Positions 57,204 to 64,000 of a stretch of 64,000 bases of DNA are shown here, piece after piece. The DNA lies in the NCBI GenBank assembly GCA_041649045.1, contig JBAZNV010000001.1, positions 19,756 to 83,755 on the forward strand, in the 5' to 3' direction. The first letter of the stretch is position 1; the number at the start of each line of letters is the position of its first letter. A program made the position numbers and the translations under genes. The stretch comes from Candidatus Pacearchaeota archaeon. Its GTDB lineage: Archaea > Nanobdellota > Nanobdellia > Pacearchaeales > GW2011-AR1. The notes beneath the pieces are model-generated. The model made no database searches and was not told where the DNA came from. It worked only from the letters and a program-made list of their open reading frames with translations.

Positions 57204-58514
57204 TTGATTTTCATGGGTGATGTTTCGGGATTTTTTGATGCTCGGGTTTTTGCGGTAGTTGGGGCGTCGCGTGATAAAAATAAGGTTGGGCATACGATTT
57301 TTCGGAATCTTCTTACGTCGGAGAGGAGAGTTGTGCCGGTAAATCCGAATGCGAAAGAAATTCTTGGACAGAAATGTTATAGCGATTTGCTTGAAATTCC
57401 TTACGAGATTGATTGTGTTGTGATTTGTGTGCCGGCGAAACTTGTTCCGTTGATTTTGAGAAACGCACAGACGAAGAGAATTAAGAATGTGATTATAACG
57501 AGCGCGGGATTTTCTGAAAACGGGAATGGCGAACTCGAAAAAAGAATTTTGCAAATTGCTGACGAAGCTGGAATGAAAATTTTAGGACCGAATTCTTATG
57601 GGATGATCGATGTTCATAATAAAATTAATTCTACGTATTTTGATAAACTTCCCAAGGAAGGACATGTAGCTTTTATTTCGCAGTCGGGGGCGATTGGTTC
57701 AGCGGTTTTAGACAGGCAGGAAAGACTTTCAAAATTTGTTTCCGTTGGAAATTCGTCACAGATTGATTTTAGCGATTTTATTGAGTATTTTTCAAACGAT
57801 GAGAAAACGAAGGTCATAGCGTTATATATGGAATCATTGAAAGAAGGACGCGGGAAAAGGTTTATTGAAGTTTGCAGGAAATGCAGAAAGCCGATAGTTG
57901 TTTTGAAGGCGGGGAAATCTAAAGAAGGACAGAAGGCGGCGAAATCACACACAGCTGCTTTAGCGTCGGAACAAGGCGTTTATTCGGGTGCTTTTAAACA
58001 GGCAAGGATAATAGAAGTGGATTCAATAAAGCAACTTTTTGATGTCGCGAATATTTTGGAAAAATACGGGAAGATTGGAGATAAGGGGATGATAGTTACA
58101 AACGCGGGCGGACTGGGGGTTTTGACGACGGACGGGTGCGAGGGAAATAGAGTCAAGATTGCAGAGTTAAGCGAAAAGAAAATTAAGGAATTGGATAAGG
58201 TTCTGAATTCGAATTGGAGCAAGAGAAATCCGGTTGATTTAATTGGTGATGCAATGGCGGAAGATTATGAAAAGGCGATAGGTGTTTTAGAAAATGAAAA
58301 ATTTGATTTCTTTATGATTTTGTTAACGCCGCAAAAAATGACACAAATCATGGAAACGGCGAAATTACTTTTGAAAATAAAGAGACCAGTTTTTGCTTGT
58401 TTTGTTGGCGGAGAACAAATTTATAGTGCGAAAGAATTTTTAGATAGATTTGGAATAATTAATTTCGACGATCCTAAAGAAATGTGTGATGCCGTGGGGA
58501 AAGTGATAAAATGA
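57204..58514 (+). CDS. acetyl-CoA synthetase (ADP-forming) alpha subunit / CoA-binding domain protein
   Basis: N-terminal CoA-binding FAVVGASRDKNKVGHTI, succinyl-CoA-synthetase-like domains. Confidence 0.7.
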   Translation: MIFMGDVSGFFDARVFAVVGASRDKNKVGHTIFRNLLTSERRVVPVNPNAKEILGQKCYSDLLEIPYEIDCVVICVPAKLVPLILRNAQTKRIKNVIITSAGFSENGNGELEKRILQIADEAGMKILGPNSYGMIDVHNKINSTYFDKLPKEGHVAFISQSGAIGSAVLDRQERLSKFVSVGNSSQIDFSDFIEYFSNDEKTKVIALYMESLKEGRGKRFIEVCRKCRKPIVVLKAGKSKEGQKAAKSHTAALASEQGVYSGAFKQARIIEVDSIKQLFDVANILEKYGKIGDKGMIVTNAGGLGVLTTDGCEGNRVKIAELSEKKIKELDKVLNSNWSKRNPVDLIGDAMAEDYEKAIGVLENEKFDFFMILLTPQKMTQIMETAKLLLKIKRPVFACFVGGEQIYSAKEFLDRFGIINFDDPKEMCDAVGKVIK

Positions 58515-58924
58515 AAATTCATGTTGCACTTGTTATAAAAAATTCCGAAGGAGAAGTTTTATTTATTCAGAGATCATTGAAGAAAAAAAGCTTGCCCGGG
58601 GCTTGGTCTTTTGCTTCAGGAACGGTCGAGGAGGGCGAAGAGTATTTTCAAACAGCAAGAAGAGAAGCCATGGAAGAATTAGGAATCGAGATTAATCCTG
58701 TGAAAATTTTGGGAGAAGTTAATCTTGATGAATTTTCGGTTAAGTTAGTTTTTGTTTTATGCGAAATTATTAACGGAATTCCATTTGTGAAACAGTCGGA
58801 AGAAATAGAAAAGTTTGAGTGGATGGGTTTTGATGATTTTTTTGCCAGGTTTTCTGATGACAAAATCGGGCACGGATTAATTTGGTTAAGAAAGAATAGG
58901 GAAATTTTAAACGAAATAAATTAG
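58511..58924 (+). CDS. NUDIX hydrolase
   Basis: Nudix box GAWSFASGTVEEGEEYFQTARREAMEELGIE. Confidence 0.7.
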   Translation: MKIHVALVIKNSEGEVLFIQRSLKKKSLPGAWSFASGTVEEGEEYFQTARREAMEELGIEINPVKILGEVNLDEFSVKLVFVLCEIINGIPFVKQSEEIEKFEWMGFDDFFARFSDDKIGHGLIWLRKNREILNEIN

Positions 58925-59508
58925 TTTTTCAATTCGATTCTGGCGTCGACAATTTTAACATTCTTTTCGCTGATTATGACAGGATTAAGATCAAGTTCTT
59001 TGATATTTAATTTTTCTCCAAGGTATGCAACCTTTTCCACCAAAGTTGTGAATTTTTTTAAATCGTATTTTTTCCCTCTTGCATTAAAAATTTTAAATCC
59101 TTTTAGTTCTTTTATCATTGATGAAACATCATTTCTTGATATCGGCAGAATTCTAAAAGAAGTATCTTTTTTTATTTCGGTAAAAATTCCGCCGAATCCT
59201 AAAACAAGAACTTTGCCAAAAATTTTATCTTCCTTGATCCCGATTATCATTTCTATTCCTTCGGAATTCTCTTGAATAATTATTTCATTATTTGGGAAAT
59301 TTTTTTTTAAGGTTTTGAAATTTTTTTTTGTATCGTTTATATTGATGCATTTTAGAACGGCATTGGCTTCGGTTTTGTGGCCAGAGATATTTGCTTTCAT
59401 ATAGAAAGGAAATTGGAAGTTTTTTAGCTCTTCCAGGTTATTTGCGATTTTCCATTTTGCCACAGGAAGATTCTCAAGTAATTCAAAACTTTCTCTTAAA
59501 TTTAGCAT
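58921..59508 (-). CDS. acetyl-CoA synthetase (ADP-forming) beta subunit (ATP-grasp)
   Basis: ATP-grasp pattern, KELDLNPV. Confidence 0.55.
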   Translation of the reverse strand: MLNLRESFELLENLPVAKWKIANNLEELKNFQFPFYMKANISGHKTEANAVLKCININDTKKNFKTLKKNFPNNEIIIQENSEGIEMIIGIKEDKIFGKVLVLGFGGIFTEIKKDTSFRILPISRNDVSSMIKELKGFKIFNARGKKYDLKKFTTLVEKVAYLGEKLNIKELDLNPVIISEKNVKIVDARIELKN

Positions 59509-59558
59509 TATAAGTAAATCATAATAAAGTTTATAAATACTTTTGATTGTGATTTGCT

Positions 59559-59762
59559 ATGAATAAAAAGATGAGGTTGATACTTTTAATTATAATTGCT
59601 ATTGCACTCATTGTTGTTGCGGTTGCCTTACAATATTCTGATTCAGAAGAAATTTCGACAAAGAGGAATTCTGATTTCGTACCCCATGGGACAGGGCAGG
59701 TTGGCTTATCTGTTCTTCCTGCTGATGTTGAGGATAGACTATCGGAACAGGAAAATGAATAA
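59559..59762 (+). CDS. small hypothetical membrane/secreted protein (67 aa)
   Basis: N-terminal hydrophobic segment; overlaps next gene by 8 nt. Confidence 0.3.
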   Translation: MNKKMRLILLIIIAIALIVVAVALQYSDSEEISTKRNSDFVPHGTGQVGLSVLPADVEDRLSEQENE

Positions 59763-60357
59763 TATTAAACGGAATAAATTTGATTTTACTGATGCCATTG
59801 GGTATCTTGCCATAGTTTCTATTGTCGTTTCTTTATTTTTTATTGGGTTTAAAATAACAGGGTTTGCTTCTCAAAGTAATGCGACTGTAAATGTCACAGT
59901 TAGTGAGCTTGAACAAATAAATTTTACAACGAATTCTGTTAATTTTGGCACTGGAGCTGTTTCAAGCGGTTATCCCGGAGCTAATTTAACGACAGAAGGT
60001 GAAGTTACGGGCGGAACTTGGGGCGCTGTAAGTACACCATTGGTTTTACAGAATATCGGGAATGTGAATGTTTCCCTGAATCTTACATCAAATATGAATG
60101 CAACGACATTTATTGGTTCTGGTGCAGACTTTGAGGTTAAAATAACTGATACCTCTGGGCATACAGGTGCTTGTACAATTGCGAATGGTTTTAATAATTA
60201 TAAGGATATAACAACTACGACACAGATGGTTTGTTCAGTTCTTAAGTTTGGTGCTGTGAGAAGCATAGATGTGGATGTAAAGTTATATATACCTTCGACT
60301 TCATCGCAAGGCACGAAGAGTGCGATTATTACTGCTACGGGAACTGCTGTTTCTTAG
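59755..60357 (+). CDS. secreted Thr/Ser/Asn-rich surface protein (possibly pilin-like), start reassigned to internal Met
   Basis: MNNIKRNKFDFTDAIGYLAIVSIVVSLFFIGF basic leader then hydrophobic helix. Confidence 0.4.
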   Translation: MNNIKRNKFDFTDAIGYLAIVSIVVSLFFIGFKITGFASQSNATVNVTVSELEQINFTTNSVNFGTGAVSSGYPGANLTTEGEVTGGTWGAVSTPLVLQNIGNVNVSLNLTSNMNATTFIGSGADFEVKITDTSGHTGACTIANGFNNYKDITTTTQMVCSVLKFGAVRSIDVDVKLYIPSTSSQGTKSAIITATGTAVS

Positions 60358-60383
60358 TGAGAATTTATAAATAATAATTTATT

Positions 60384-61523
60384 TTGTTTAAAATGGGAAA
60401 GAGGTTTATATTTTTTACAGTGATAGTTGTTTTTTTGATTGCTGAGGTTTTAGCGAGTTCAATTGGAATTAGCCCGGCTCATTATAAGAATTTTTTCACG
60501 CCAAACTTTGAAGAAACTTATGAGTTTTATGTTTCGTGTTCAGATGCTAAGGGCAATATGACTATATATGCCAGAGGCGATTTGGAGGAATATGTGAAAT
60601 TGTCGAAGAAGCATATTACGGGAGAGGGTTACTTTGACGTTGAAATTGATTTGCCAAAAAATCTTAGTGTTCCCGGGAATCATCCAATATATGTGGGGGC
60701 TATTGAGGCAAAGGATTTTGGCAATGTGAGCATTGGAGGATTAGCTGCAGTTGAAGCGAGGATAGATATATTCGTTCCTTATCCCGGAATTTATTTAGAA
60801 TCAAGTTTTAATATCGATAATGTAAATGTGGGCGAGAATATCGTTTATGAAATTATATTAAAAAATCTCGGGACGGAGGACATTTCGGTTGAGCCGACTA
60901 TTAATTTATTTGAAGAGAATGAATCGATAAAGGTTTTTTCTAAAGCTTTGGGTAAAATAAATTTGAGTTCGAAACATGATATAGAAATAAAAAATGAAAT
61001 TAATGCCATGAGTTTTAAGCCTGGGAAATATTTCGCTACATTAACGTTGGATTACGAAGGAAAATCTGATAAAATAAGAAAGGATTTCAGAATCGGCGAG
61101 TTTATTGTAGAGATAGTTGATTATTCTTATTTATTTGAAAAAGGGAAAATAAATCCATTTAGAATAGAAATTGAGAGCAAATGGAACACGCCGATTGATA
61201 CAGTGTATGCTGATGTGAAAATCACAGACGAAGGGAATGTAGTGGAACAATTAAGAACGTCTTTTACTGGTTTGGGCCCGTGGGAAATAAAAAATTTAAC
61301 AGGTTATTTAGATGCAACAAAATTAGAATCGAAAAGGTATATTGCGAGCATAGATCTTTTTTATGGAGATGTTATAAAAAATAAATTGGTTGCTGTTTAT
61401 GTCCAGGATCGGCCAGAGAAAGAGACGACGATTTTTATAATTATTGGAATTGTCCTGCTGATTGCCTTGGTTGCGATTTTGTTTTTAATTATTAAAATCA
61501 AAAAATTGAAAAGTGAGAAATAA
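60384..61523 (+). CDS. cell-surface protein (signal peptide, SIGISP motif, C-terminal TM anchor)
   Basis: ASSIGISPAHY after signal; C-terminal IFIIIGIVLLIALVAILFLII + KIKKLKSEK. Confidence 0.5.
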   Translation: MFKMGKRFIFFTVIVVFLIAEVLASSIGISPAHYKNFFTPNFEETYEFYVSCSDAKGNMTIYARGDLEEYVKLSKKHITGEGYFDVEIDLPKNLSVPGNHPIYVGAIEAKDFGNVSIGGLAAVEARIDIFVPYPGIYLESSFNIDNVNVGENIVYEIILKNLGTEDISVEPTINLFEENESIKVFSKALGKINLSSKHDIEIKNEINAMSFKPGKYFATLTLDYEGKSDKIRKDFRIGEFIVEIVDYSYLFEKGKINPFRIEIESKWNTPIDTVYADVKITDEGNVVEQLRTSFTGLGPWEIKNLTGYLDATKLESKRYIASIDLFYGDVIKNKLVAVYVQDRPEKETTIFIIIGIVLLIALVAILFLIIKIKKLKSEK

Positions 61524-61917
61524 AAAAGTTTACCTATTATTAATTGTCGTGATTTTGGTCATGATTATATTTGTTTGTTCTGATTTTACCGATAAAAGAG
61601 TTGTGCCTGTCAGAGTTTTTATTTCGAATGCGACGGGTTTTGATTTTGAATATAATGGCTTGTCTTTTGGGCAGCTGCAAATTAATCAGAGCGCATCGAG
61701 AGACATGAGAATTGAAAACACGCAGGGTGTTAAAATAAAGGTGATGGTTAAATCGTCTGGTGAAATTTCTAAAAATATAATAGTTTCAGAAAATAATTTT
61801 TACTTAAATCCCGGCGAAGTGAAGAATCTAACTTTTTCTTTTTATGCGGATGGACTTAGCGAGTATAGGGAATATAAGGGTGAAGTCGAAATTGTTACGA
61901 AAAAATGGTGGATATGA
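61513..61917 (+). CDS. hypothetical membrane-anchored protein
   Basis: N-terminal TM; overlaps previous gene. Confidence 0.4.
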   Translation: MRNKKVYLLLIVVILVMIIFVCSDFTDKRVVPVRVFISNATGFDFEYNGLSFGQLQINQSASRDMRIENTQGVKIKVMVKSSGEISKNIIVSENNFYLNPGEVKNLTFSFYADGLSEYREYKGEVEIVTKKWWI

Positions 61918-61952
61918 CTAACATTTAAATAAACTAATTCACATAAACGAAG

Positions 61953-63482
61953 ATGAGGTTGAGTGTTTTGATTGGCGGTTCTGCCGGGCAAGGAATAAAT
62001 AAAGTTTCAGAAATATTGTCTAAGGTTTTAACAAGTTATGGTTATTTTATTTTTAATTACAGAGATTATCAGTCTTTGATTAGAGGCGGGCATAATTTTA
62101 ATATTTTGTCTTTTTCTGACGAGTGGATTGGAAGTCATGAGTCCGGTGTTGATTTTTTGATTGCACTTGATGGCGAAACTATTTTGAAACATAGAGGTGA
62201 ATTGAAAAAATCTGGGATTATTTTATCCTATGAAAAGTTTGAAAATTTTGGCAAAAATTTGAATGTGGCATTGGCGGGAGCGTTGATAAGAATTTTGGGA
62301 ATAGATGAAAAATATTTACTTGATGAAATAAGAAAGGAATTTGGGAATGAAGAGTCGCTTAATGTCGCGAAGAAGGGTTTTGATTCCCAATTCAAAAAAT
62401 ATGATTTGAAAAAATTGAATAATAAAATTGAAATCTTGACTGGTTCGAAAGGAAGCGCGATTGGCGCGGTGAATTCTGATTCGAATCTTTACATAACTTA
62501 TCCGATGACGCCGGCCACGGGATTGATGAATGAACTTGCTAATTATGAGATTAAAAGCAAGGATTTAATTGTCTTTCAGTCGGAGAGCGAGGTTGCTGCG
62601 ATTAATCAGGCACTTGGTGCGAGTTTTGCCGGGGCGATTACGATGACGGGAACCAGTGGCGGCGGATTTGATTTGATGACCGAAGGACTTTCCATGCAAG
62701 GTCAATCAGAGATTCCAATGGTTGTTTATCTTGCTTCAAGGCCCGGACCATCTACGGGAATTCCAACTTATACTTCTCAGGATGATTTAAATGTTGCTTT
62801 GAGAGGAGGGCATGGAGAATTTCCGAGAATTGTTGTAGCTCCAGGTGACCCGCTTGAATGCGTTGAGAAAACGAATGAAGCTTTTTATTTATCGGAGAAA
62901 TACGGTACGCTTTCAATAGTTTTAACCGATAAGCATTTGGCGGAATCAGAGTATTCTATAAACAAAAAACCTAATAAAATTTTAGATGTAAAATTAAAGA
63001 GAAAAATTCCTGGCAAGGACTTGGTTAAAACAAGTTCGTATGAACACATTAGAGATGATTTTGCCGAGAGCACGGAGTCTGCAGAGATTGCGAAAAAAAA
63101 TAATTTGTACAGAATTGAGAAATATCAAAGAATAAAAAAAGAAATTGAGAAGCTTGAGCCGATAAAAATTTATGGAAAGAAATCAAAAAATTTGGTTGTC
63201 TCTTTCGGAAGTACGAAAGGTGCAATTTTAGATGCAATAAAAAATTTGGATTGCCAGTTCTTGCAGATTTTATATTTGAAGCCGATGTCCACGAAGATAA
63301 AGAAAATTATTGAAGGAAAAAATTTGATTTTGGTCGAGCAAAATATTTCGGGGCAACTTGGAAGATTAATCAGGGAAAAAACAGGAGTTGAGATTCCTGA
63401 AAAAAATAGAATTTTAAAACATAATGGTAGACCTTTTACGAGCGATGAATTGGAGAAGGAGATTGGGAGGAGAGGGAAATGA
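61953..63482 (+). CDS. 2-oxoacid:ferredoxin oxidoreductase fused gamma/alpha subunit
   Basis: Gamma-type N-terminus IGGSAGQGINKVSEIL...NYRDYQSLIRGGHNFNILSF; alpha-type YPMTPATGLMNELANY; no beta subunit downstream. Confidence 0.6.
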   Translation: MRLSVLIGGSAGQGINKVSEILSKVLTSYGYFIFNYRDYQSLIRGGHNFNILSFSDEWIGSHESGVDFLIALDGETILKHRGELKKSGIILSYEKFENFGKNLNVALAGALIRILGIDEKYLLDEIRKEFGNEESLNVAKKGFDSQFKKYDLKKLNNKIEILTGSKGSAIGAVNSDSNLYITYPMTPATGLMNELANYEIKSKDLIVFQSESEVAAINQALGASFAGAITMTGTSGGGFDLMTEGLSMQGQSEIPMVVYLASRPGPSTGIPTYTSQDDLNVALRGGHGEFPRIVVAPGDPLECVEKTNEAFYLSEKYGTLSIVLTDKHLAESEYSINKKPNKILDVKLKRKIPGKDLVKTSSYEHIRDDFAESTESAEIAKKNNLYRIEKYQRIKKEIEKLEPIKIYGKKSKNLVVSFGSTKGAILDAIKNLDCQFLQILYLKPMSTKIKKIIEGKNLILVEQNISGQLGRLIREKTGVEIPEKNRILKHNGRPFTSDELEKEIGRRGK

Positions 63483-64000
63483 AAGAACAGATTGGATTAA
63501 GAAAATTGAGAATTTCGGACGACAAAAGGCTTTTAAGTTTATTCGCAGATAAAAAGGTATTAAGAAATCTTGACACAAATTCTAAACCCGATGAGATAAC
63601 ACTTTCTCAAGAAAGAGTTTTTTTGAAAGAATCTATTAAAAATTATAGGTCAAAAAAACCAACAAAATATGATTTGGGAATTATCGCTGGAAATGAATTA
63701 ATTGGTGTAATAGGAACTCCTCGAGGAATAGATTATGAAAATTTAAATGTCGAAATAGGTTATTGGATAGGTGAAGAGTACTGGGGACAAGGAATCACTA
63801 CTGAAGCCGTAAGATTGTTTACCAGATTGCTTTTTGATAAATTTAAACTTGTAAGAATTTTTGCTTGTCCCTATACAAATAATCGAGCATCACAAAAGGT
63901 TCTTGAAAAGAATGGTTATGTGATGGAAGGAGTTAGAAGAAAAGTTTTCAGAAAAGGAAATAAATTTTATGACGATGTCATATATGCGAGGGTAAGATGA
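63479..64000 (+). CDS. GNAT-family N-acetyltransferase (RimJ/RimL-like)
   Basis: IGYWIGEEYWGQGITTEAVRLF acetyl-CoA binding motif. Confidence 0.65.
   Translation: MKEQIGLRKLRISDDKRLLSLFADKKVLRNLDTNSKPDEITLSQERVFLKESIKNYRSKKPTKYDLGIIAGNELIGVIGTPRGIDYENLNVEIGYWIGEEYWGQGITTEAVRLFTRLLFDKFKLVRIFACPYTNNRASQKVLEKNGYVMEGVRRKVFRKGNKFYDDVIYARVR

Noticed and set aside
1-64000. CRISPR arrays, rRNA genes, RNase P / SRP RNA
   Set aside because: No regularly spaced short repeats and no long GC-rich conserved RNA stretches detected by eye. The only GC-rich islands are the three paralogous ~150-190 nt elements and the 42.6 kb repeat region, which fit none of these.

Overview
This is an AT-rich (about 30% GC by eye) archaeal chromosomal segment. 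The gene content looks DPANN-like (reduced-genome archaea): small proteins, no biosynthetic genes, archaeal information-processing core. All calls are from manual reading of the supplied ORF translations and sequence; no searches were run.

Conserved genes I recognise:
- DNA repair and topology: mre11-rad50 operon, radB, Ogg2-type glycosylase, endonuclease IV, Mpg glycosylase, RNase HII, topoisomerase IA.
- Replication and transcription: archaeal DnaG, Alba, RpoL, a PC4-like cofactor, a TrmB-family regulator.
- Translation and RNA processing: aRF1 (NIKS and GGQ motifs), an Mtq2/HemK-like methyltransferase, ABCE1, LeuRS, ribosomal protein eS17, tRNA-intron endonuclease, archease, the C-terminal part of a beta-CASP RNase.
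- Metabolism: rubrerythrin, ADP-forming acetyl-CoA synthetase alpha and beta, a fused gamma/alpha 2-oxoacid:ferredoxin oxidoreductase subunit, a Ppx/GppA-like phosphatase.
- Four tRNAs: Gln-CUG, Met/CAU, Leu-UAA, Thr-CGU.
- Many signal-peptide or C-terminal-TM surface proteins.

Main finding: an integrated element of about 13.9 kb sits between a 16-bp direct repeat at 19452..19467 and the same 16 bp at the 3' end of tRNA-Gln (33328..33343). A tyrosine integrase lies next to the tRNA. The cargo includes:
- a compositionally distinct transketolase / HDAC-like / unknown-416-aa operon;
- an APH-like, QueD, HD, Nudix module;
- a ParA-like ATPase;
- a decayed restriction-modification system: a frameshifted beta-class DNA methyltransferase, an apparently intact HARE-HTH + PD-(D/E)xK nuclease, and an hsdM N-terminal fragment;
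- CopG-type (ribbon-helix-helix) and winged-helix regulators.

Other notable items:
- three paralogous GC-rich, hairpin-rich intergenic elements, each just upstream of a plus-strand gene;
- an SMC-type ATPase with a Rad50-like CxxC hook at its midpoint;
- a five-gene block of unknown ORFs;
- a pyrD C-terminal remnant;
- hicAB;
- a Fic protein;
- duplicated tRNA-Leu 3'-end scars;
- a Cys-rich secreted peptide;
- several short conserved intergenic motifs.

No CRISPR array and no rRNA were found.
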